From NCBI GenBank assembly GCA_904063045.1, contig CAJFCJ010000014.1, forward strand, positions 1,857,643 through 1,921,642: DNA of 64,000 nt, given 5' to 3'. The number at the start of each line of letters is the position of its first letter. Within the stretch, counting starts at the first letter, position 1. The translations under genes and the position numbers were made by a program. A model generated the notes under the pieces. It saw nothing but the letters and a program-made list of their open reading frames with translations. It was not told the origin of the DNA and did not search any database. Source of the stretch: Dimorphilus gyrociliatus (lineage: Eukaryota; Animalia; Annelida). Positions 50,930 through 64,000 of this stretch are shown here, piece by piece.

Positions 50930-53857
50930 ATGAACTCGAAAAAGAAGTCGGTTAAGCAGAAGCTTTCGAATGGAAATGGAGCAGCGGCTGGATGCTCGCC
51001 AGATACAACTTTATTACACCAGTTAGCATCCAGAGGAGAAAAAACTTCTTTGGTAAAACACTTAAACGGGGACGGAATTAAAGATTTAGATGTTGCCGAT
51101 AAAACTGGTAAAACACCTTTAATGCATTGCATCTTAGGGGAGTGGATTGACTGTGTTGAAGTTCTGTTAAAAGCTCAAGCGAATATAAATAAGACTGACA
51201 TGTCGGGAAAAAATGCTCTTCATTTTGCCGTTCATAAGGTTCTTACAAAACACTCTATCCATCTTATACGCTATTTACCTATCTTTGATAATTAAACTAT
51301 TATGTATCATAATCAGGGTAATCTCAAATGTGTAAAGCTATTATTATCAAAGGGAGCGAATTGTAGGACTACAGATAACGAAGGCTTGAATGCTTTACAT
51401 ATTTGTGCCAGGCATACAAACGCAAAATGCTTGAATCTTATACTTAAACATTTACAACCTGGTGAAATAGACGTTCAAGACTTAAATAAGGTTATTATTC
51501 ACATGTCAAATAATCACATATCTGTAAAAAGTTGTCAAATTCAATACTGTATGGATGTAAATATTTACAGAGAACTGCCCTCCACTGGAGCTCTTACCAC
51601 GGCCATCTAGAACCAATTAAACTATTGCTCAAACACGTAATTAAGCACAAACTCCAGAAGTATTTTGATATTTAATCATTAATATTTTTAGGGTTCAAAC
51701 GTTCTCATACCAGATATACACGGCAAAACTCCGTTACATTTTGCAGCGTCTGCCAAAGGACCAGAGGCTGGAGAATGTGTTAAATATATACTAGTAGGGA
51801 ATTAGTTATATCTATTAAATAACATGATAAATAACGTAAAAACTCCTCTCTATAAACGATATAATAGGATAGCCAACCTAGTATGATTAATTGGCAAGAT
51901 TACGATGGTAGAACAGCATTACATTTAGCTGTATCGGAGGGAGTTGAAATTGTTGTTCAAATCCTTGTAAGTATTTAGTTAATTAATTCCGTTTCGAGAA
52001 TGAAAAGGCAATTTAAAGAAAAAAAACACCTTAATAATAATTAAAAGATAGCGAATCCCCAATGCAAAATTTCGGCAATGGATAATCTCTTTCGGACACC
52101 TCTTCACTGGGCTGCCGTTTTAGGACGTCAGAGTATTATAAAGATGCTTTTGGAACATAGTGCTGACTATGGTATGACTGACTCTAAAGGTGCTACTGCT
52201 TTACATTATTGTGCTAAAAACAATTACTCGGAGTGTGTTAGTGCCCTGTTGAAAGGTGGCATTGGTGGTGGTTCAAGCATTCTTCGGGATGAACAAGATA
52301 ACGAAGGAAGAACTGCATTAATATGGGCTGCTGGGCATGGGGCTGATGATGCTCTTGTCTGCTGTATTGCTGCTGGTTCAAATATATTTCAGGCTGACAA
52401 GCATGGTGCTACAGGTAGGAAATTAAACGCTAAAAACGTTATATATAAGTATATACTAGTATATATATATATATATATAATTATTTGTAGCTCTCCACGC
52501 TGCCGCTCAGAATGGTCACGCCTCAACTGTAAAATTACTACTAGCTCATGGATCTGATAAGAATGCAACGGATCTTTTATATTTAACACCGTTATTCCGT
52601 GCTTGCGAATACGGTCATGAACACGTTCTTCAAGTCCTGTTTGAAAATGGTGCAAATATTGAAAGTAAAGACACCGATGGTAGGTCAGCACTGCATTGGG
52701 CAGCCTTATCTGGTCACGCCCACATATGCTCGAAATTAATCAAATTCGGATTAAATCCTGATGTAGTTGATAAATCAGGGTAAGTTTTCCAATTAATTTT
52801 TAATGAAAAGAAAAAAAAAGACGAAAAAAAATTTCTATTCTGTAAATTAGTAAATACATTGATGATTTTTTTTCTGCCAGCCGCAGTCCACTGCAATGTG
52901 CTTCGTACAGTGGTCACGTTAGCTGCATTCTAGTTCTTATTGAACATGGTGCAGATCCTAATTGGCAAGATCACGAGGTAAAAATAAAATAAGCTTAGTG
53001 TAAAATAACATTGAAGGTATCAAATATCCAAATCTATTTTCTTTCCCTTTAGGGTATGACGTCATTACATTGGGCTTGTAGTAGGGGTCATGTAGAAGGC
53101 GCAAAACTACTTTTAGAGTTTCAAGCTCATTTAAATCAAATGGAATTAAGTGATGATAAATATACACCTTTAGATTACGCTTTGTTGGAAAATCATGAGA
53201 AAGTTGCTCAATTTCTTATAGAACAGGGAGCATTATCAATAAGAGGTATACAGGATCTAGCGGCTGTTAAAATACAAGCAGTATTCAGAGGCTATAGACT
53301 ACGTAAGACATTCAGCGAGAGGAGGAAATTAATGATTGAACACGAGAAACTTATGAAAGAAGCATGTAGGAAGAAGAAAACAGTTGAAGAGAATTGTCAA
53401 CTAGCCAACGAAGGAGACTTTTATCGTATTGATAAGCATAGCATTGAATCTTTAAAAAATCGTTCAAGAATGAATGAAAACGTAAAAACAATAGATAAAT
53501 GGTAATTAAGAATAATTATTACAGTGATTAGTAACTCAGTTAATTTATCAATTTCGCTAAACTAGCAAAACATTACATACGGATGATAAAGATTCAATAA
53601 AGGAAGCCGCCGCTTTGATTATACAATACGCTTGGAAAAAATACTTAAGGTTTCCATTTTTGTTTCTTCAATAATTATTTGATAAATTTTACATCCTTTT
53701 ACCTCGTCATCTATTTTTTATAAGGAAGAAGAGAAAGCAAATAAATCGACACTTAAGTATGGATAAAAGGAGTAGGCTGAACGAGGAGGATACTACAGTA
53801 AAATCTGCAAGGAAGAAAGATTTGCAAAAGTTAAAATATGTATGCTTAAAGGATTGA
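50930..53857 (+). CDS. INVS: Inversin (ankyrin repeats plus two IQ motifs)
   Basis: NWQDYDGRTALH, DNLFRTPLHWAA, TPLFRACEYGH, KYTPLDYALL, GALSIRGIQDLAAVKIQAVFRGYRLRK, and a second IQ AAALIIQYAWKKYL. The 3' end is approximate. Confidence 0.9.
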
Positions 53858-54374
53858 TAAACTGTTTGCTATAAATCTTATATATCCAAAGTCTATTAGG
53901 GGTATAGCTTCTTCAATGGAAACAAAGTAATAACGATAAATCATTATATTCGCCTATGTGTCACTACAGTCTATCTAACAAAGAGATACCCTTTTTTAAT
54001 ACTCGTAGAACATTCACTCTCTTTCCCCATCCACTTAACTATAATATGCCTCCTCTTCCTCCTACTCATTCTTTCATGTCATCATTTAACCCTGCCTTTC
54101 CAAATATATACTGCTATGGAAAAAGAGTACTGTTATTCATTGTGCCTGTTTTTTTTTAGGAATAAATTTGTTGATATATTTAATTGATATTGTCCCTCCT
54201 TTTCGGTACAGTTTAACCCAAATTCTGGACATAATGACAATCTATAATTTATTAAGGTTTTTATCCATATAGTATAGTATATTAAAAAAAAAAGAACTCT
54301 TTCGTCCATTTTGTTAGAATAAAAATAAACAACGTACTTTCTCTTTAATAAATATAAAAAAAGGATACGATAGT

Positions 54375-55343
54375 TCATAAACCCCGCCCACATAAAGTTT
54401 CTTTTACGGAAATAGACGAAGCTGGTTTGTCAATTAAAGGTTTTCTAGAACATGCAATCTCGTTATATAAATTATTCATATTGGTTTGAAGCCATTTAGA
54501 ATTTTTGATATCTTCAATTGAAGCTCTTAAACTTACATCTGATTCAAGAATAAGATGAACAAGCTTTTTAGACTCATCTGATAATTTTCTCGAACGAGAA
54601 AATCCTACTTTTCTTTCAGTTTGACATTTGATCATGTTCTTTATGTTCGAATCGTCGAAAGGCATTGAGCCGCAAAGCATAATGTATAATATAACACCCA
54701 TACTCCATATGTCATAGGACTTTCCGCTATAAGGAATACCCTGCAGTATTTCTGGTGCAGCGTAGGCAGCACTACCGCAAAACGTCTTACTTAGATCCTT
54801 TTCCATCATTTCGCGAGAAAATCCAAAATCTGATACTTTAATGTTATTTTTAACGTCTAACAATAGATTTTCGCATTTTAAATCTCTATGAACAACATCA
54901 AGACTATGTAAATATTCAACGGCATTAGTTAATTGCTTGAACATATGTCTCGATTTATCCTCGTCCAAAGCTCCTTTTAGTTTAACATATTCTAAAAGAT
55001 CGCCATGTCCAGCCATTTCCATGACAATAAACTTTTTATATCCATAATCGAATACATCGTAACATTTGATAATGTTTGGATGATTAATATTTGTTATGAT
55101 GTTCAATTCTCTTGGTAAGAATTTCTTTAAGAAATCCTTAGGAGCTTTTCTCATATTAATAATTTTTAAAGCTACTTTTGGTCCATCTTTATCTCCCTTT
55201 CTTACAATTGCAGCTCTAACTTTTGCGTATGAACCTTCACCTAAAACGCATCCTATTTCAAATCCTCTTCTCCTAAGCTCCTCCTCATCTTTTACTGCGC
55301 AAACTTTCTCCGTTAATCTTGGTTGTATAGCAATACGTTCCAT
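54375..55343 (-). CDS. Testis-specific serine/threonine kinase (TSSK1/2-like), intronless
   Basis: LGEGSYAKV, KFLPREL, HRDLKCENLLL, DFGF, SKTFCGSAAYAAPEILQGIPY, MPFDDSNIK. Confidence 0.92.
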   Translation of the reverse strand: MERIAIQPRLTEKVCAVKDEEELRRRGFEIGCVLGEGSYAKVRAAIVRKGDKDGPKVALKIINMRKAPKDFLKKFLPRELNIITNINHPNIIKCYDVFDYGYKKFIVMEMAGHGDLLEYVKLKGALDEDKSRHMFKQLTNAVEYLHSLDVVHRDLKCENLLLDVKNNIKVSDFGFSREMMEKDLSKTFCGSAAYAAPEILQGIPYSGKSYDIWSMGVILYIMLCGSMPFDDSNIKNMIKCQTERKVGFSRSRKLSDESKKLVHLILESDVSLRASIEDIKNSKWLQTNMNNLYNEIACSRKPLIDKPASSISVKETLCGRGL

Positions 55344-55671
55344 TGAAAATTATATAAAAACTATTGATTAATATAATGAATAAATTAAAATTGAATAAAT
55401 TTAAATAAATTATAATTCTGATCTTCTCATTTTATCTTTGTTGTCTTTTTTTTATCTTAATATTTCGTTTATTCTAAATTTCTCTTTATTATTCATATTT
55501 AATACATTTAAAAATTTAAAAAACTAATCAAAGGCTAACTAATAGATATGGGAGATGAATAATTATTAATGATGTTAATTAATATTCAAAAAAAGGGAAA
55601 ATTTACATAAATGTAGAAAATCATTGGAATAATGAAATATTTAATTAATGAAGAAATTATATTAAGGTAGA

Positions 55672-56622
55672 ATGAGTAACTGTGATAATTTTCGAATGGA
55701 AACGTTAAAAGAAGCCTTAAGTAAAGCTGCCAACGAAGTAGAATTATTATTAAGTAACGGTGGCTGGAGTTATAAGCCTACTTATAGAGCTGTTTTAGCC
55801 AAACAGGGCTATTATGTCAAACAAACTATTGGTTCGGGAAGTTATTCAAAAGTTAAATTAGCAGTTGATTACGACAATAAAAGAAAATTAGTTGCTATAA
55901 AAATTATAGATAGGCAAAAAGCGCCAAAAGATTATCAAGATAGATTCTTACCAAGGGAATTATCTATTTGGTCGAGTCTTCGCCATCCTAACCTTGTTAA
56001 TTTACATCGATATTTTGAATCAAATCAAAAAGTTTTCATGATACTGGATTATGGTATTAATGGAGACGCTTTAGAATATATTCAAAAGAAGGGGGCGATA
56101 AGTGAAAGGAATGCTTGTAGGTGGTTTCGACAAACAATTTCAGCCGTTGGTTATATGCATGCGCTTGATATCGCTCATAGGGATTTAAAATTGGAAAATC
56201 TTCTTTTGAATAAAACTTGGGATATTATAGTTTGTGATTTTGGTTTTGTCAAAGACGATTGTAAAAGTTTAAGTTCAACATTTTGTGGTTCAAAATCATA
56301 CGCTGCACCCGAAATACTATTAGGTAATCCTTACCTACCGAAGAAAGCTGACGTGTGGGCTCTTGGAGTAATACTATACATCTTTATAACTGGACAAATG
56401 CCTTTCAGCGAAGCAAAAGGAACAAAATCTATTCTCAACGAGCAGAGATCTTTAATAAATAACTTTCCCAAGTGTCAAAAAATCCCTTCCCTAGTTCGTG
56501 ATCTTGTTCGTAACCTATTCACCTACGACTTCTATAAGAGACCGGAAATAGAAGCAATTTGGTCAAATAATTGGATATTAAACCATAACGGGCTAATAAG
56601 CAGAAAATCAAATAAATTGTAA
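55672..56622 (+). CDS. Second TSSK-family kinase, intronless
   Basis: IGSGSYSKVK, APKDYQDRFLPREL, HRDLKLENLLL, DFGF, STFCGSKSYAAPEILLGNPYLPKKADVWALG. Confidence 0.9.
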   Translation: MSNCDNFRMETLKEALSKAANEVELLLSNGGWSYKPTYRAVLAKQGYYVKQTIGSGSYSKVKLAVDYDNKRKLVAIKIIDRQKAPKDYQDRFLPRELSIWSSLRHPNLVNLHRYFESNQKVFMILDYGINGDALEYIQKKGAISERNACRWFRQTISAVGYMHALDIAHRDLKLENLLLNKTWDIIVCDFGFVKDDCKSLSSTFCGSKSYAAPEILLGNPYLPKKADVWALGVILYIFITGQMPFSEAKGTKSILNEQRSLINNFPKCQKIPSLVRDLVRNLFTYDFYKRPEIEAIWSNNWILNHNGLISRKSNKL

Positions 56623-56812
56623 ACCAAGATATTTCGTCTAGATTGAATGAAGAGAACAATTCAAGAAGAGAACTTTCTTTTAGTAGGTTGAAAATGTATT
56701 TTTGACTAACTTTAATTTTCAAGGACATTACTCTACCTAACTTCAATTTTTTTCTCTTTTGTCCTTTTATATTTTATTTTGCTAATACAATAACATTCTC
56801 CATTTTGTATTC

Positions 56813-57943
<1,131 letters not shown>

Positions 57944-58630
57944 TTTTATTTAAAGTAAAGTTCTATTTAAACTTAGAAATGACAGAGAAATTGTGAGACA
58001 AATAATTCCCAGTTATCTAAGAAGTGAATATCACCAGTTTAGAAGAGCGGTATCCGGTAAAATGTAGAATATTTTACCTCAAATTTCCAATAGACACCAG
58101 TCTTACTTTACGGTGGCGCCTTCTACATAAAAGTAACATAAAAAGATTTAAATTTAGAACCAGCTGACGTCACTTTTAATGAAAACATCTCAAGCTTATT
58201 TCGCGCTTCATATGAGTAAACATACATATTAAAATATAAATATCTGATATTTTTGCTGAAGAAGCTAAAAATATCTAAAAATATATTAAAAAAGACTGAA
58301 ATAGGTCACATTTTCGAGTTTTTCTAACATAGAAAAAATGATATTCTTTATTTAAAAAAGTGCACAAAAAACAAAATGATATAAATAACATATTCTCTAT
58401 ATTTAAATAAAGATAAAGTAGTTTTTGCAGTAATTAATTATAAACTGAATATGTTAGCTGGAGATTCAAAAAAAAATGCAAAGAGACAAAATCAGTAAAA
58501 AAAAATAACAAACATGTATCAGATTCTTTCAGTTATGTAATAATTTAATCTACAAGTGTCACTATTAATTAGTTTTATCATGACTTTTGCAGTACCATCA
58601 CAATTTCTTTGGTCACATTTATTTAGCTAT

Positions 58631-60118
58631 CTAACTGTGATATACTCGTATCATCTCTGTTATATCTGTACGACATATCGGGCATCCATCTCTTCTATTG
58701 AGTAATGATTTTGCGCACTCGGTACAAGTAACCATATGGTGACAAGGACATAGTAGACAATCGCGTGTTCTATCCATACAAATTGCGCAATCACGATCCG
58801 CATCCGACATATTCGAGTCTAAAAGGAAAATCCTTGTTAATGGAAGAAGATGATTAAATAGATATAATTAACTTGTCTGATCATAATTTATACCAGATCC
58901 GATGCTTGCCCGATGCCCTAATTCAGGTAAATTTCCAGAAAATACATAATCAACACCACAATTCTCTTTCAATCTCCCAATACATGCTATTAATCAATAG
59001 AAATGAATGTATTAGAATTGATTATCTATTTTTTTTCAGCATCTTATATTATATACCTTTCTTTCTTTCTTCCCTTTGTTCTTCACTAAGTACTAAGGGT
59101 TCACTACCAGATCGAAAGAATAAAGTTTTACCCATATTCTCCAATACTTGTCGAACTAATTACAATTAAAAGGAAACATAAGATCTTTACACAGGAAATT
59201 CTGTAGAAAAAAAGTTATATCAATACAAACCTGTTTCTATAGTTTTTCCTGACGTAAATCCACCTGGAGTAATTTCAACTTCCGGTATATAATAAACTGG
59301 ATAGAGGAACCTTAAACCAACCGTTCTCTAAAAGGTTTTTGGATAAATATACTTATTTTATAAGCAAAAAGAAAATTGAAGAAAATATGGCTATAAATAT
59401 GAAGCGTATTTGTAATGAAACAAATACTTATATAACTATAAATAACTAACTTCCTTATTAGTTGCTCTTTCTACAATCGCTGTGATATCCAGACGTAAAG
59501 TATTGGTTGCTACAATGCAGTTCGGTGGGCAGCATTGTGTTACACCTAAGTTAATAAGTTTAGATAACATTTTATAAAAAAACAAATAATGGGATTAAGT
59601 ACGTTCAAAAAGATCCTGTTTTATAGGGAGATCATCAACTACTGCTTCAAATACGAAATCTGCATGCTTTACAGCATCTTCCAATCTGCTAAGACAGTAT
59701 ATTTGACCCTATTTTAAAATTAAAAAGAACGTTATTTATTCATGTATAAAAAATGAGTTGAATTACGTAACTATAAAAGTATTGTTAGATAAAAGTCCTT
59801 CGCTCTTCATCCACTCTTTATCCTCTTCAATTTTGTCGTAAACAGCATTAAGAGCTGTCAAATTGCTGTCATATAGCTTCACTTTGTGGCCGTGATAAGC
59901 CATTTCCCCTATAGATATGAGATAAGTATTAAAACGAATTGAACATATATAAATATAATACTCGAGGCAAATTATGATGAATCATGCATTGCAAAATGGG
60001 AAAAATACAGTATATTTAACCATACATTTGATTTTGATTATTTAGATATAAAATATACAAAATTACCTGCAATTTTGACACCTAAAAGCCCACATCCCAA
60101 CACAGCTATGCAGACCAT
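58631..60118 (-). CDS. 3-hydroxyacyl-CoA-dehydrogenase-like NAD-binding domain fused to a C-terminal C3HC4 RING finger (295 aa, 8 exons)
   Basis: Exons are 60118-60067, 59908-59772, 59708-59603, 59545-59451, 59327-59231, 59155-59057, 58986-58873 and 58818-58631. All introns are GT-AG, every phase is compatible, and the total is 888 nt. Motifs: IAVLGCGLLG, LYD, ADFVFEAVVDDLPIKQDLF, VATNT, VGLRFLYP..VEI, and CAICMDRTRDCLLCPCHHMVTCTECAKSLLNRRDGCPICRTDITEMIRVYHS*. Confidence 0.88.
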
Positions 60119-60985
60119 CCTTTATCAATAATAACTTTAATATTCAAATCATTCAGAGTATATAATTATTTTCCTCTGACAATCTATATTGACAACTGCT
60201 TTTATGTACGAATGGTGAAAAAGTTCAGAGTAAACTGGTAGATATTTTAAGTCATTCTTTATTCTCTCCGTCCTTAAATCACTTATAATTTGACTGTAAG
60301 CAGTAATATTTAAATCTATAATGACCCTTATAAATTAATTATTGATATTGTTTGCTTTAAATAAAATATCCAAGAAATATATTATCTAAAGACCATATTT
60401 TTAATAATATTATAATTCTTATTCTTTTTTTAAGTAAACGTTTTAAAAAAATGAACATTGTATACGGAATACAAGAGTTTATATTATTATCATTCATTGT
60501 ATTGTATATTTCAAAAATACTCTATTAGAAGTAAAAAGTTTGATATCTAGTTTCTACAGCTATATGTTATACGGTATAACGCTTCATTTATGCTGTATGT
60601 ATATGCTGAAAGCAATTCCTATTAACCTTAAACTTCTCTCACTTTCGGTCTAGGTACAACATGGTAAAGTACTCATTTTACACTAGCTTTTCTCTGAAAT
60701 TGCTAATAGCTCTAATTTTTTAAATAAGATTACTACTTCAAACATTGATAAACATATTTCACTAAGGTTTTAAACATAAAAGCATTATACTGTGTCTTTA
60801 AGATGTTAGAATGTTCAATTGTTAACGCGCTAACTTTATTACAATAGCTAAAATGAACGAGAACAAATTTGTTTGGAAGAAACGCTCAATTCAAATAATT
60901 TTATGGACACCTTAAATACAGAACTTGGAACAGTTTTCGAATCGTTGTTTCTACCAGCGACATTTTGTACCTAACTGCGGCTCTC

Positions 60986-61692
60986 ATGGCAGCTACTCCA
61001 GACTTTTCCTCAGCTAACGAAGAGAAGGAGAAGAGTACAGAGGAGTTGAAAGAACAGGTGAATATAGGACTTATTATGTTTATCCAGGATTTATTGGATT
61101 TCTGTTCGTAGGACCGATTTTTACCAATCGCCAATGTAGCCAAAATCATGAAAAGAGCCATACCAAACTCAGGAAAAGTAAGATCAGAATGTTCTCTTCA
61201 AAGAAGATGTCTGAATATACGTAATAATGTTTACAGGTAGCAAAAGATGCCAAGGAATGCGTTCAAGAATGCGTCTCCGAATTTATAAGTTTTTTGACTT
61301 CTGAGTAAGTACAATATTCTAGGAACAAAATAACAAACTAAAAGAAAACACACACAAAAATAATAAATTATATTTAAAATTTAACAGAGCCAGTGACAGG
61401 TGTCAGGCAGAGAAAAGAAAAACAGTTAATGGAGAGGATATATTATGGGCAATGACACAATTGGGCTTTGATAACTACGTAGAACCTCTTAAAGTTTTTT
61501 TAACCAAGTACAGAGAGGTATTAATGTCAAAGTAGATTTTACAAACTATAAAAGATTATCCTTATGTTGAAATAAAAAAGTTATACAATTGTCATTGTTT
61601 TTTCCTACAGTCTGTACAGCAAGTAAAATTGGATACTGATAAAATAACAGGAGATATGGAAATGAACGATGAAAGTGGTTTAAGTAAGTATC

Positions 61693-61727
<35 letters not shown>

Positions 61728-61849
61728 ATATTTGAATAAAAAGTGATAAATTTGATTTATAAGATAAAACTCTAGGAAAAAAAGAAAAATGTAATTTTTT
61801 ATCTTTTTTTTCAGATATACAAATGATCTCCACTGATGCTTATTTTTAA
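60986..61849 (+). CDS. NFYB: Nuclear transcription factor Y subunit beta
   Basis: EQ|[14 protein letters not shown]...[22 protein letters not shown]|[33 protein letters not shown]. Confidence 0.96.
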
Positions 61850-61886
61850 AAAGAACTATAAAAACTAGCGGTTTTGTAAAAATTTA

Positions 61887-61924
<38 letters not shown>

Positions 61925-62165
61925 GTGTGTATATAAAAAGAAAAATGCATCTATGTATGTCTCTATACGTTTATTTTATATAAACTTAGTGTGTTGTTGA
62001 AATTTTATGTATTTATTATAAAAACAGAAAGAGATATGAGTTTTGTAAATGTGACTTTAAGTTGATAAAATTACCTCGATACTATATAGGCATCATAGGA
62101 ATCGATAAGCATTGTAAGTAGGGCGCCATCTATTGTTTCTCCGATTTCCGTTGCAGTGCACATAG

Positions 62166-62504
<339 letters not shown>

Positions 62505-62784
62505 TTTGCAGGATTATTGATTTTATTGCTTTTCGTTTTCTGATCTCGTTCGTTATAAACTTTTTCAGATAGTTAATCAAAAAAATATATGCATGTATTC
62601 ATTGCACGCAAACAAATTTCAACAAAATTCAGATCAAAATTAGTTCAAAATTCAAAAGCGATTTGCAGGAGACGAAGTTATTTTGTTGCTTGTTTTCTAT
62701 TTCTTTTTACAGTAAATCTCTAAGATTTAAGCACAACTTTGAGACGAAGCTTTCGGGATATGTATAAAATGAGTATACAATCTT

Positions 62785-63752
62785 TCAAGGATGACTTGGA
62801 AAGTTCGTCAGGAGAGCCAAATGGCCGGTTTGATTCGAAGAATGCTGCAAAAATTCTTGAATATTGGTTTCATCAGAATCAAAATATTCAGTATGACGAC
62901 TCGCGAATCTAAAAACGTATGTGACTGTTGCAAATGTAGTAGCGTTTACCGGAAACGCTCTGAGCAGAGTCGATCCTAAACCTTTTGTTAAAACAAGCCA
63001 ACCTTCGGAAGCGATACTTTTTCGAAAGCAATCCACCAGACCTTTATATTCATTTCTGACGTCAGCTTGCACTCTAGACTTAATAACGTCAAATGGATAG
63101 GTAACAATCCAGGAACACATTCCAGCTGTTCCTCCTGATAACAATAATTGCATAGTTCCTACTTCTGAAGGATTGCCTATCCTACAGAATTTCTCGTAGG
63201 ACGCAAAATAGACGCCAAAAGAGGGTGTCTCTCTAAGTGTAGTTAACCAGAATCCTCTGTAAACTCCTTTAATTCCCTCTTTCTTAAAAATTTTTACCAA
63301 ACAATCATAAGAATTTTTGTACAGCGTTTGCTTAATCTTTCTGGATTGACCCTGACCTTGGACTTGCAATCGAGTCTTTACTAATTCCATTGGGCTACAT
63401 ATTACGCATTGCGAAAATCCGGCAACTGCGCCAGCAAGGTAATGTGCTGTTAAGCTGTTTGGTTTTGGTAGACGTCTTTGGACATTTCCTTGAACTCCAA
63501 ACACAATAGCATTAATAGCCGTAAGGCCACATAGAGGTGGCGCAATACCTTTATATAAACCAATGAACTATAATTCAATACAATTTAAGCTTTAATTAGG
63601 CCATAGTAAATCTTAACTGTAAATACAAACCGATTCTTTTTTTATTATTTGAGCGAAACAATCAAATGTTCCTTTATAGATAATTGGATTTTGAGTTTGT
63701 AGTCTTACTTTGACAGTGTCAAAAGGATGACCAACAATGACACCAGTAATGC
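62785..63752 (-). CDS. Mitochondrial carrier, SLC25A29/45-like (basic amino acid/carnitine group); first exon not located in the window
   Basis: Three Px[DE]xx[KR] motifs: [36 protein letters not shown]; also LLRAFPVNA. Confidence 0.88.
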
Positions 63753-64000
63753 CTGTATATATATAAAACAAATATACAGTCTACATCGTTATTAGAACAA
63801 AATTTGAAGCCTAAAAAGATTTGTGTCAAATGTTATTGATTTTTTATCGAAAGATTACTCTTTTTCGAACGTTTCAGTTCAGAGAATTTATTCGATTGAT
63901 ATAATTTATAATGATTTTTTATGTAGAAAAAGAACACGTGTTTCACCAAATTTTACACGTAGGGATCATACAAATTTTAATCGTCCAGAGATTACAAGCC

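Noticed and set aside
60566-60580. Perfect inverted repeat GTTATAC-G-GTATAAC between the RING-fusion gene and NFYB
   Set aside because: It is a single short AT-rich palindrome that does not fit the X-box consensus or recur in the window.

Overview
A eukaryotic, AT-rich, very gene-dense window from an animal genome, with short (about 50-160 nt) spliceosomal introns. The compaction and gene content suggest a small-genome invertebrate, possibly a compact annelid; this is inference and was not verified. From start to end it holds five intron-containing tRNA-Lys(UUU) genes plus a decayed tRNA, then ARP3, SF3A1 (first intron U12-type), METTL14, an unassigned receptor-like remnant, a CNBD2-like gene, fuseless, a broken GPCR, a KY/hillarin-like transglutaminase-fold gene, a C2H2 zinc-finger gene, HSD17B10, EAPP, SETDB1, CFAP97, RAB3GAP1, CSNK2B, HELZ, CFAP53, an orphan PPxY membrane protein, GTF2H4, inversin, two divergent intronless TSSK kinases and TPI. 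The last part holds an 8-exon gene missed by the ORF track, then NFYB, an InaF-motif protein and a 5'-truncated SLC25A29-like carrier. The standout is that 8-exon gene (58631-60118, minus). It fuses a 3-hydroxyacyl-CoA-dehydrogenase-type NAD-binding domain, which keeps GxGxxG but has Arg in place of the catalytic His and lacks the dimerisation domain, to a C-terminal C3HC4 RING finger. It is a candidate nucleotide- or metabolite-sensing ubiquitin ligase. All gene models were spliced by hand and no database searches were run.
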